The translations under genes were made by a program, and so were the position numbers. Positions 12,725 to 23,645 of a DNA stretch of 64,000 nucleotides are shown here, piece after piece (within the stretch, counting starts at the first letter, position 1; each line of letters starts with the position of its first letter). The notes below the pieces were generated by a model, which was not told the origin of the DNA, made no database searches, and was given only the letters and a program-made list of their open reading frames with translations. Source of the stretch: Elsinoe ampelina (taxonomy: Eukaryota); NCBI GenBank assembly GCA_010093995.1, contig ML992506.1, positions 1,105,109 through 1,169,108 on the forward strand, read 5' to 3'.

Positions 12725-14324
12725 ATGCCGACTCTGCCAAAGGAAGTTTTACTCGTCATTCTTCGATATGTCAGCCCGGCGAGTGAGGTCCGGCACGATG
12801 AGCGAGCCTTTCTCTCGACAGACTGTCTGGTCGACGATAGATGGTCTCAGCCTGATTCAGAACCAGTCCGAGATCTAAGGAGTTTTCGACTGAGCTGCAA
12901 ATGGCATGCGAGTGTGGGCGCTGAGGAGCTCTTCCGGGCTTTCACTGTCAGATTCACCATTGCTAGTCTCGAACACCTTGCAGCGCTTGCCAAAAGGACA
13001 GATCTCGCAATCCATGTTCGGAAGCTGGTCTACAAAGTACCTTTCTTCTACCAAGCAGGTACGATAGATGGTCGTGACTTGATCGGGCACGATTGATATG
13101 CAAGCAGGCAGACGAGGCATAGCGGCCCTCGAAGAAAATAACAAAATCGATCCTTGCAGAGTGCGGAAGTGGCAAGACCGCTTCATTGAGCAGCATCGGA
13201 TCATTGGCTCCGGTCAGGATCGAGGAGCACTGATTGCGGCGACGAGAGCCTTCAGAAACCTTCAGCAAGTGTACATACTTCAAGTCCTGCTTCAAGAGGA
13301 CAAAGATGCGTTCGGACTGTTACAAAGTCAGCAGGATGCGAACGAGGAATACTTTGATCTCTCTTGGGGATCAGCATGTTCCAGAGCGACAGACACCTTG
13401 ATCTCAGCACTTCAAGCTGCCGAGTCCAATTTCATACATCTCTCGTCATACTACTTCAGCACGCAGGCAGCTTACAACCTCACTCAAAGAGGTCTTGGGC
13501 AGTTGCGATATGATCCAAACACTTTGACCACACTCATCCTCACTTTCTATGAGATGGACGATTTGGACAATCGAATTCGCCAACTAGCACCGCATCTTAA
13601 GCAGATGCTAAGATCTCTGGAATGCCTGGAGAACATGCATTTTGGCTTCTACTACCCACTTGATCTACCATTCTACAACGTTTTCCCACAATATACATGG
13701 AAAAACATGCTCGTATTCGGTGTTGAGGGCTGGAGACTGACCACAAATGAGATCAACTCATTCACCCGCAGACACAGGCGAACACTGAGAGGCCTTCGGT
13801 TACGACATGTGCTACTCAAAAATGACAACTACTGGAAGGACGTCTTGATCCATCTTCGTACGACTATGCTGCGACTCAACTGGATCAGTCTCGGCCGCAT
13901 TATGTACGCTAGTGACTTTGACCACATGGAATCGCAAATGGACGGCGTCGAAATCACCGAGGAGATGCTCGCCGAGGAGGTGCTCACCTACAATTCCGAT
14001 GAGGACGACGATGAGGACGTTGCTTCGTGGCATGACATCGACAACACACCGGCACTATTGAACGAACAAATGACTATTTGGGAAGCGAACAGTGATTTGG
14101 ATCCGAATGAGATCAGACTCAACCCCTTCGAGCACGACCCGGATGAGCATGAGCACGAATTCCCTCCCATACCTTCACCACCCTCGACAATGTCCTCGTC
14201 ATCAAGTTCGGACCAGGATATGGACTCGATTGATGCCCTCCGCGACGAAGGCGACGGTCCAATCAGTGGCGCCAAACGTAAGATGTGGGAGCGCTGGGTT
14301 CTGCGAAGAGGAATGCCTCACTGA
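12725..14324 (+). CDS. F-box-like / LRR-like hypothetical protein with acidic C-terminus; one intron (~13059-13106)
   Basis: N-terminal LPKEVLLVILRYV and LRSFRLSCK F-box-like pattern. Two ORFs are joined by a GT..AG intron. Confidence 0.6.
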
Positions 14325-14361
14325 GCCTTGTCTCCCATTGGTACAATTGAACAGTGGCGAT

Positions 14362-15900
14362 TCATACATGCCCATCCTCTAGCTTCGACACCCACTCCTC
14401 AATTCTCCTCCTCATAATATCCTCCACCCCTTCCTCCCTCCAAAAGTGACCCGCCTCCTCAACGAGCAGGTACTCAAATTCACTCGCTCGTGCTTTGCCT
14501 CCACCATCTTTATTCCTCCTCCCCACCTCATCCTGCATCCGCTTCGACCAGCTAACCAGCCTGTCCCCACCCGTAAACCCATCCTCTGACCCAAAGATTG
14601 CAAGTGTAGGATGCGCAGTGAATGCAGCCTGTCCCGGATCTCCTTCTCCCTTGTCGCCGGACCCATGTAACCACCCCCCGAGTCGACGAGGCAGCATCGA
14701 CGTCAACGACATGCTCAGAAACCCTGATATAGGCGGCAACAGCGGCGAGATGAGCAAATACCTCGGCCTGACCACTAGTCCTCCAACCCCTTGCCCCTGC
14801 CCCTCCCCCTCATCATCCTCCATCCGATCATCCTTCCTCTCCCCCCCTCCTTCCACCCCTCCACCTTCTCTCCCTTGGCCCTCAGTATCACCGACATCCG
14901 ACCTCCCACTCCCCACCCTCCGCACCACCCTCTTCACCCTTCCCGCGACCTGCTCCAAACTCGCCCTCGCATGCTCCAGACTCATCCTCTGCGCACCCTG
15001 ATACTCCCGACTCCTCCTCCTCACTTCCCTCGGCGTTTCCTCGCCCCCAATAACCACGCCTCCCCCCCTCCCGCGCGCAACCCCCAACGCATCACCAGGC
15101 TCGAGCCTCTCCCTCCCTCTCGCGCCCTTCTCCTCGGCAGCGCGTTCCGCCCTCAACGTCTCCTCCGCCAGACGCGAGGCGCGGAGGCGGATTTCCGCCG
15201 CTGCCGTGCCGGGCGCGGGGGAGGTGAAGGGGGCGAGGAGGGAGGGGATGGAGGGGAGGAGGGAGAGGATTAGGGTGCCGTAGCTGTAGCCGCATAGGAC
15301 GAGGTCTGCCTCCTTACAGGTGGGGGTTTCACCCACCACATCCACCGTGGCTGCACCTGATAATACTCCTTCTGCCCTTGCGTCGTGCTCTCTCCCTTTC
15401 GCTAGCGCTGTGAGGTAGTGCGTGAGTAGGCCTACCATGGACGTGTAGTCCCCTACTTCTCCCTTTCCTGACCAGGACGTCTTGCCTTTCGATCCGCCTG
15501 CGCCGCGGAAGTTGAACGTTGCGACGATGTAGCCCTGCCCTAGCAGGGTTTCGGCACAGGCAAGGACGATTGGGTCGTCGTAGGTGCCTCCGAGGGGGGC
15601 GTAGGGGTGGGCGATGATGGCTGCTTTTATGGGGGATGGTAGTGAGCGGGGAGGGCCGGGGAGAGGGGTCGCAGGGGAAACGAGGGAGGATGCGGAGGGG
15701 GAGGGGGAGGGGGCAGCCGAGGGATTTGATGAAAGATGAGAAGCAGATGAAGAAGGGTGGTAGATCCGGCAGGTTAGGACGACGTCGTCGTGGATGCTCG
15801 GGATGGTGAAGTTGATGAGGGGCCGGGGATGATGGTGGTGAGAGCGGTGGCGGATGGAGGAGGTGGTGCGGTGGCGGTGGTGGGGTGGCTGAGCTGGCAT
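14362..15900 (-). CDS. Alpha/beta hydrolase fold protein
   Basis: AHPYAPLGGTYDD, FNFRGAGGS, GYSYG nucleophile elbow, FGSEDGFT, AGHFW. Confidence 0.8.
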   Translation of the reverse strand: MPAQPPHHRHRTTSSIRHRSHHHHPRPLINFTIPSIHDDVVLTCRIYHPSSSASHLSSNPSAAPSPSPSASSLVSPATPLPGPPRSLPSPIKAAIIAHPYAPLGGTYDDPIVLACAETLLGQGYIVATFNFRGAGGSKGKTSWSGKGEVGDYTSMVGLLTHYLTALAKGREHDARAEGVLSGAATVDVVGETPTCKEADLVLCGYSYGTLILSLLPSIPSLLAPFTSPAPGTAAAEIRLRASRLAEETLRAERAAEEKGARGRERLEPGDALGVARGRGGGVVIGGEETPREVRRRSREYQGAQRMSLEHARASLEQVAGRVKRVVRRVGSGRSDVGDTEGQGREGGGVEGGGERKDDRMEDDEGEGQGQGVGGLVVRPRYLLISPLLPPISGFLSMSLTSMLPRRLGGWLHGSGDKGEGDPGQAAFTAHPTLAIFGSEDGFTGGDRLVSWSKRMQDEVGRRNKDGGGKARASEFEYLLVEEAGHFWREEGVEDIMRRRIEEWVSKLEDGHV

Positions 15901-16395
15901 GATCGTGTGGTAAGCACAGTTAGTGTTATTGCGGTCTATCGTGTAGGATAGATGCGGCTATGCTGTTGCGATACGACCCATGGCATGGATTGAGTGGAGA
16001 GAGGTTGGTGGGGATATTGGTTTAAGAATCCAGTATGCTGGTCCTGTGGCAATCAAAGTCGGCATGTCACAGTGGAATTGACTCCTGTGTCGAGTATCAG
16101 CTATCAATCGTCTTTCGAGTGTGATGTCTTTGAATGTCTGCAGGGATGTAAAGAGGATCAGGCAGGGACAGTGGAAACTTGGAAGCGGAGCCTCTCCATC
16201 ACCATCGAGGCAAGATCAACAATTGGCGACGAGCGGAAACAAATATTTCTTGACTTGTGAACGCGAGGACTTTCTTCAGTGGGTAACAGATTTGTGTCAT
16301 GAGCACATGCTTGATGATATACAGCAGACCTGAACAGAATGCAAGTACAAGATGGAGGTGCGGGATGGTTTGCCATTTGCGATAATGTATCCCCT

Positions 16396-19300
16396 TCATT
16401 GACCCTTGCACGATACGTACTGTTCCCTCCCAAACCACAACTTCCTCATAGCCCCTCCCCTCTGAGCCATCAACCAACCCCAGCTCCCCTTCTCCACTAC
16501 TCGCCCTCCCTCAAGCACAACCACCATATCCGCCATCTCCACCATCTTCTTCTCGTGCGTGACCACCACGACCGTTGTTCCTTCTCTCCTAAGCTCCCAC
16601 AAAGTGTCCCTCACCCCGTTCATAGTCTCGGAATCAAGAGCACTCGTCGGCTCATCAAGGACCAGGACATCTGGTCTCCTAGCCAGGGCTCTAGCAATGG
16701 CGATACGCTGCTGCTGACCACCTGAAAGACCTAGACCGCCTTCACCTATGAGTGTCTCGAAACCTTCGGGAAGCGAGTCGATAAAGTCTGCTCCTGCTGC
16801 GGCTGCGGCCCAGCGGATTGTGGCGGGATCGACAGATTCTAGTCCGTAGCTGATGTTGGCAGAGACGGACGCTGATAAGAGCGGTGTCGACTGTTGGACC
16901 AAGGCGATACGTTCTCGTAAGGTAGCCGTGTGGTGAGACGAGATGCTTCGACCTGAAAGGAGAATGTCGCTGGACACTGGCCCAGCTGGAGAGCGTGGAG
17001 GGAATGATTGGGACCAAGGAGACTTGATGCTTGGCGAGAGCATGCCGGATGTTGGAGAGAAGGTGACGTCCCAAGTGTCCTCCTTGGTCTCGGTGAGTGA
17101 GCGAGGCAAGTCGTAAAGCCTCGTGAGTAACGCTGTGATGGTGGACTTGCCCGAACCCGACTCGCCAACGATCGCCACATACTTGCCCTGTGGAATGATG
17201 AATGACACATCGGATAGCGCCGGAGGGACAGGACGAGACGGATAGGCAAAGGTCACATCGCGAAACTCGATGTCTCCAATAGTGCGTGGGCGGGTGCTGC
17301 CGTGACTCTCGTGGGAGGTGGGAGACAAATTGGTCAAGCTGAGCAGTCGAGTCGCCGCGTCACGACTGAGTGATGCTTGCGGGATGACACCCAGAATCAT
17401 AGTCACCTGTGTAAAAGCCATGATCAGCATGAGCAGTACCAGAGTGATATCTGACACCGCGACGCCTTTTGTGACCAAGACTGCACCATAGTAGAAGATC
17501 ACGGCTTGAGCTAGGGTGGCCGATGCCTCGCTGAGCCCGTAGAATCCGCCACTCCACCGTGCTCGTTTGCGACCGATTGCGTATGCTGAATCGTACGCCG
17601 CAGCGGCCTTTGCCTGGAATTGTCGTTCTGCAGTCAGGAGTTTGACGGTCTTTATGCAGCTGAAAGTATCGATGAAGACCAGATTTACCCGCTCAGCAGC
17701 ATCATTACTGCGGCCCTCCCACTTTCGACTGACCGAGCCGAACAGCTTCGTTAAACCAAAGATGAGAGGGAAGAAGGATATCGTGACCAGTGTAATGCGG
17801 TACTCTGTTACCAATGCCCAGATGATTGAGATGGTGCACAGGTAGGCAACAATTGTGTAAAGAGGGACGAACCGGCCGACCACGTTCCGCGACTCATCAG
17901 CATGGCGATCAAGTGTCTCGACCAATCTTCCAGTTGAATTGCCATCATGATTGAACCACTCTTTCGACTGGCTAAAGATGCGACTCGCTGCCGTTTTCCG
18001 GATGTTATTGACCCAGTTCTGACTGACATACTCGAACGCCATCTGCTGCGTGTATTGTGTCGAACCATCCACAATGGCTACGGCAATGATGGCAAGAGCG
18101 TAGATCATTGCCTGCCGCTGTGAACCCGGTCCAAAGCTGTACGTGCCGATTAGCTTCGTCGTAAGGAGAGATGTGACGGGCGAAGATGCTGCGTGTACAG
18201 CGCTGATTGGGAATGCGGCGACTAGCGTTGCGCGCTGCTTCCGTCCTAGAGCTGGCCACACAGTCTTGATGATTTGCTTGAAAGTGAGTATTGGTAGTTG
18301 GCCTGGGGTTTGTGGCGCCTCTCCCTGCTTGGGATATTCTTCATCCAGTCTCAACAAGGTCGTATGCTGCAGGCCAGACTGTCCAGTCACCCGCTTTGTC
18401 GCAAGCTGTGTCACTGCACGTTGTGATTTTGCAATATTTCCAGCTCGGACTGCAGCTTCTGACGAGTTGGTCGATGCTCTTCTACTCGACGCATCTATGG
18501 AATTCGGGCGCTCAGTCGTGCTCATGCTACGAGATCTGGTAGGATGAACCGACAGCCCATTCTGGAAGCGGCTTGGTAGAAAAGCGGATAAGCGTTTCTG
18601 GAATCTAGGAGATTTCTCTGGTGGTGAATGTCTTCCAAGGGACGCTGGCGGTGAAAGATCTGGCTGTATCCACGGATAGTTGTACACCGCAGTGCTGAAA
18701 CGCATGCGAGGCATCTGCAGCATGGACAAGGCTCTCATGCCGGATATTGGAACGTCAAACGTTTCAACATCCAAGTAGCTTTCGATGAGATCTTCTGTGA
18801 CGCCAGGATGTCTGCTGAGGGAGGCAATATCTGACGAATCGTACTCGGGTGGTGGTGTCCGAGTTGCGATGTCCCCGACGTCCTCTCGGTATCCTTCCTT
18901 GATTAATTTACCATTCTCCATCACATAGATATAATCATCCGGTTTGATCAGTTCCATGTTGTGAGTAATGACGATTGTTGTACGTCCCTGTCGCCAGTAT
19001 CTGACGGCCTCTATGATCATGTCTCGATTGACCGAATCAAGAGCACTGGTTGACTCGTCGAGAATCAGTATCGGTGCATCTCGAATTCGAGCTCGCGCAA
19101 TCGCCAGACGTTGACGTTGACCACCGCTGACAGCAGTGCCATGCCGTCCGACCATAGTATGTATATTTTTATCTTGGTTGTTGACAAATGTGCGGAGAAG
19201 GGCAAAATCGATTGCGTCTTCCAGCAGGTCATTGTAGTCGGAGGTCTCAGACCTCTTCTTCGCATCCATGCCCATCATCAGATTCTCGCGGATGCTCTCG

Positions 19301-20827
19301 TTGAACAATGTACTTTGTTGCTCGACTAGCTGGACTAGCTGTCGAATATGCTTCTTGTTGAAGTGTGATATGTCGAGACCGGCAATACTGATGTGACCAT
19401 TCGCAGGGTCATAAAGTCGTGTCAGCAGCTGACCGAGTGTGCTCTTTCCAGAACCGCTACGTCCAACGACGAAGGACATGGATCCGATTGGTAGCATCAG
19501 GTTGAATCCTTTGAGAATGTTGTGTTCGCGTCTCGTAGGATATGCAAAAGCAACATCTCTGAACTCGATCGAGCCCTTAAGGTTGTTGAAGAGTGTCTTT
19601 GGTGTGTAGTCTTCCTCAGCATCGTCCACGTCTGTGGCCGTTTTCTCCACCTCCCAAAGAATCTTCTGCATTCTGCCGCCGGCTATTCGTCCCAATTCGA
19701 GGACAAGCATCTGCGCATTGACGGAATTGAGAGACGTGAAGATGCTGAGCGCTGAAAGGAATGTCGTTATGATATCGCCTGGATTCTTCTCGCCTGATCG
19801 TACCAGGACACCGCCATAATAGAACGCTTGGACGAATAAGGCAGATGCCATGAATTGGACGAATCCTTGTTGTGTCGCATTGATGTTGACCGTCTTGTAG
19901 AACCAGTATGCCACTTCCTTTATCTTCTGTGCGTATCTTTGTGTCTCATAATCCTGAGCATTGGCGCACTTCACAATATCGATCGTGTTGAGCGCATCAG
20001 ACATGACCTTCAGAGCTTCTGTCTTCTTTTGCTGCTGCATATGACCACGAAAAGACACCGGTCGATTTGTGAGCACTGTGAAGACGAGAACGACCGGAAT
20101 CGAAGCGATGATGACCAAGGTCAGCTTCCAAGAGTAGAACATGGCGAGTCCGAAGGAGAAGCATGCATTGGCGATGATCGCTACGACCGCTCCAAGGGGC
20201 TGAGAGGAAGCAAGCTGTAGATCTCGGATCTGACTATACAGTCTTAGCAGTGTTTATCGAAGGTTGAGGCAGATAATCGTACGCATTCAGCCTAGGCAAC
20301 ATCGCACTCGGGCCCTCTTTTCGACGGTCGAACCACGCCACTTCCTGTTTAAGCAGCGCATTGAAGAGCTGATGTCGAGCCTCTTTAGCTTGTCGTTCCC
20401 CGAAGATAACCCATGCCGTGAAGAAGACGAAGTGTACGAAGAAGGATGCCCCAGCAACCACCAGCAGGTAGAGTATGTTCTGCCGTACAGAAGCTATGAG
20501 GCTCTCGGCCGTTGTCACACCCGGTCTGTACCCACTCAATGCTCCAAAGATCTTTCCGGTGAGGAGTGCACCTGCTGGTCCTGCCACGCCTTTGACGATT
20601 GCTGCTGTGATACCAACGACTAGGATCGTGGTGTGCGAGCGATTCGTGAAGGTTAGAATAGCGCTGTAGGGAATTGGTGGTTCAGACAACTTGGTAGGCT
20701 CTTCAGAGGGTGTCCGTTTGCGCTGATGTCGACGGCCTGAGGGCGGTTGTGATTTTGCCAACTCGACGTCCTGCATCGAGCCATCAGTACTTCGTCGCGA
20801 CCTCCAATGGAAAGATGAGCGAGCCAT
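16396..20827 (-). CDS. STE6: Full-length ABCB exporter, Ste6/Mam1-like a-factor pheromone transporter; intron ~20232-20283
   Basis: Two TMD-NBD halves. Walker A GRSGSGKS and GESGSGKS, signature (V/L)SGGQ, long basic linker. Confidence 0.75.
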
Positions 20828-21369
20828 GACTGGCACTAGAAGAAAGGAGAGACGACAGAGGAGAATTCAACAAAACGAGGAAGAGCCAGGACTGCGATCC
20901 TGTGCGCAGAACGGAAGAGGAGTATGGATACACAGATTGTACCGTTCCAGTGACACATCTTGGCACGTGCTGCGTCGCTCAAAGAGAAAGTCCTTAGTAT
21001 TGTTCACGGGTCGAGTCTATGAAAGAACCTCGCCCTGCCTCGGCTGAGCCTATGGAGTGCAGTCGCAATCATATCTCACCATCGCCATTACCATCGCCAG
21101 GATGTGTCCGAGAGTCATAAGAAGCCCCCAAGATCTGTTGGACTTTCTGCTTGGTAGATTCTATTGATCCTCGGTTCATTGTCAGCTTGACGCAAGGTCG
21201 ACATTCCGCCAATCGACGATCCCTTGGACACCGGCCGACCAGACAAGGCCTATCGTAGCCAGAGACACGGCAGGCACTTGATTGCTGCACGTAAAACGTT
21301 GCAGGCCCGGGAACTTGGGGATTCGACCTTGACGAGATCTCGGTATCGACTTCGAAAGCTTTGATAGCC

Positions 21370-22013
21370 TCATGATGGCTTACTGGCCTCGGTGGACTGC
21401 TCGCCGGAATTCTTCTCGTAGATCCAGTCATTCAGACCTGCGCGATTTCTGCATAGTCATGTAAGCAGTCTGGTCAGCAAAACACAGCGCTTCGTGCACC
21501 CACCTCGCAATCTCAATGGCATAGAACTGCATTCTCACGACTACGCCGGAATGTCAGAACAGAAGTCCGAAATTTATACCATCGGCACATACCAAAAATA
21601 GTCTCCTTCTCTCCGTACTCCCACTTCGGGTCTGCTCTGAGCATGGTCCCAAAATTGAAGTCCTCAACCTTCTTGTCATACTGGTTGATAAAGTTCCTCC
21701 ACCTCTCCTTGCCTTCCTTGCTCTTCATTTCATCCTCAACGATCGTGGCCGCAGGATCGAAGTCGGGAAACTCCTTCTTAAAGTGCTCATGGATCTCATC
21801 ATCCATCTTGGTAAGACGGAGTTTCGAGCCGGGGATCTTTTCCAATATTGACCAGTATGTTGTCATGTGCGATACCACTGTTCATGGTCAGATTGAGTGG
21901 CCCCGCATACAACTGTCGACCATACCCTTTACTGCGAATTGCTTCTCGATCTCTTCATAGTTGTCTGCCTCTTCCGGGTTCAGCTGTGCGCCGGGCGGGC
22001 CTAGAGCAGACAT
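21370..22013 (-). CDS. PBDC1/Ypl225w-family protein; 3 introns
   Basis: Spliced product EIEKQFAVK|VVSHMTTYWSILEK...DFNFGTMLR...RMQFYAIEIAR|NRAGLNDWIY. Confidence 0.85.
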
Positions 22014-22454
22014 ATTGTCGGTAGGGACTTGCAATCCAATCAAAAGGTATGCTTAGTGATTCGCTAGCGAAGGCGACGATCCCGGTGCGGATATATTTGT
22101 CGAGGAATGTGAATACTGGAGATCGTGTAGTGCAAGGAATTTCGAGCACCGATGACGCATTTGGATACCGAAATGTGGGATGATCACGTGACCATCGTTT
22201 GTATGAGAGCTCTCTACAGTCAAGACCACTTTCTCTCCTCAACTACAAGGAGCGGTCATATCCATCATACTCCATCAATTTGCACGGAATATGATACATC
22301 ATGCCCGACTGACCACAACATCATCACCCCACGGTATGATATCGACTCCCTCAGCCGAGGTCCACCTCCCACTATAGTCCATTCCCTCATCCTCCTCCCC
22401 TCTCCCTCCCATCTCTCCCTCTCCTCCCACAACCATGACCTAACCCATCCACCA

Positions 22455-23516
22455 ATGCAAGCAATCCACCTCCCCTCCTTCCACCCCCTCTCCCAACCCT
22501 TCACCTCCCTCCCCCCCACCACCGTCCCCCTCCCCACCCCCGGACCCAACGACATCCTCATCCGCACAACCCACATCTCAATCCAACAAGTCGACCTCCT
22601 CTACGCCCGCGGCCTCCACCAAAACAACAACCCCAAAAAAGGCCACATCCAACCCCCCTTCACCCTCGGCCTCGGCTTCGCCGGCGTCGTCGTCTCCACC
22701 CCCGCATCCCGCTCCCACCCACCCACTTCATCCCACGACACCCTCAAACCAGGGACGAGAGTCTTCGGCTCTTCCCCCTCGTCCTTCGCGCAGTTCATCC
22801 GCCTACCCGCTTCCTCCCTCCAGCCCATCCCCTCCTCCCTCACCCCGGCAGACGCGGCCGCGCTCGTGTCCGGCGTGGTCTCCCATACCGCGGTGCGTCG
22901 TGTCGCGGGGGTGCAAGCGGGTCAAACCGTCCTCGTGACCGGCGTCCCTGGCAGCCTGGCTTTGGTAGCGGCTCAGTCGGCGCAAGCGGCAGGGGCGAAG
23001 GTGTTGGTTCTCGCGCGGAATGCGGGCCGGGCGGAGGCTGTGAAGGCGTGCCTGCCTGGGGTGGAAGTGCTGGGTGGCGAGGGGTGGAAGGGTGAGGTGA
23101 AGCGTTTGACGAATGGGAAGGGGGTGGATGTTATCATCGACAATGTCGGGGTTGTCAAGGAGGGACTGTCGCTTCTTGCGTTCGGGGGGACGATAGTATT
23201 GGTTGGTTTCGCGGGCAGGCAGGGGGTGATGGAGGCGGTGGAGATGAACCGGGTTCTGCTCAAGGGGGCGAAGGTGGTGGGGTATCGTTTCGGGGAAGGC
23301 GCGAGGAGGGGACTGTATGATGTGCGGCAATGCTGGGAGGGGTACCTGGCTGCGATCGAGAGAGGGGAGATCAAGGCCGTCGTGGATGCGAAGACGTACA
23401 AAGGGCTAGGAGATGTGGGCAGGGCAATGGACGACCTCGAGCACGGGAGATTGGTGGGCAAAGCAGTCGTGGATATTTCTGATTCGGGATCTACTAGGGC
23501 AGGGGCGCGTTTATGA
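22455..23516 (+). CDS. MDR superfamily quinone oxidoreductase / zeta-crystallin-like protein
   Basis: PFTLGLGFAGVV, GQTVLVTG, GKGVDVIIDNVG, GKAVV. Confidence 0.85.
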   Translation: MQAIHLPSFHPLSQPFTSLPPTTVPLPTPGPNDILIRTTHISIQQVDLLYARGLHQNNNPKKGHIQPPFTLGLGFAGVVVSTPASRSHPPTSSHDTLKPGTRVFGSSPSSFAQFIRLPASSLQPIPSSLTPADAAALVSGVVSHTAVRRVAGVQAGQTVLVTGVPGSLALVAAQSAQAAGAKVLVLARNAGRAEAVKACLPGVEVLGGEGWKGEVKRLTNGKGVDVIIDNVGVVKEGLSLLAFGGTIVLVGFAGRQGVMEAVEMNRVLLKGAKVVGYRFGEGARRGLYDVRQCWEGYLAAIERGEIKAVVDAKTYKGLGDVGRAMDDLEHGRLVGKAVVDISDSGSTRAGARL

Positions 23517-23645
23517 TGTACATATCTCCATTAGATCGTCTCCTCCACATCTCAGGTCACCCGAGGTCCTCGTAGGTCCTCCCATTGCCCTGTCCTCCCA
23601 TCATCCTGTCATCCTTCCTTGCTCTCACCCATACACCCCAGCACC

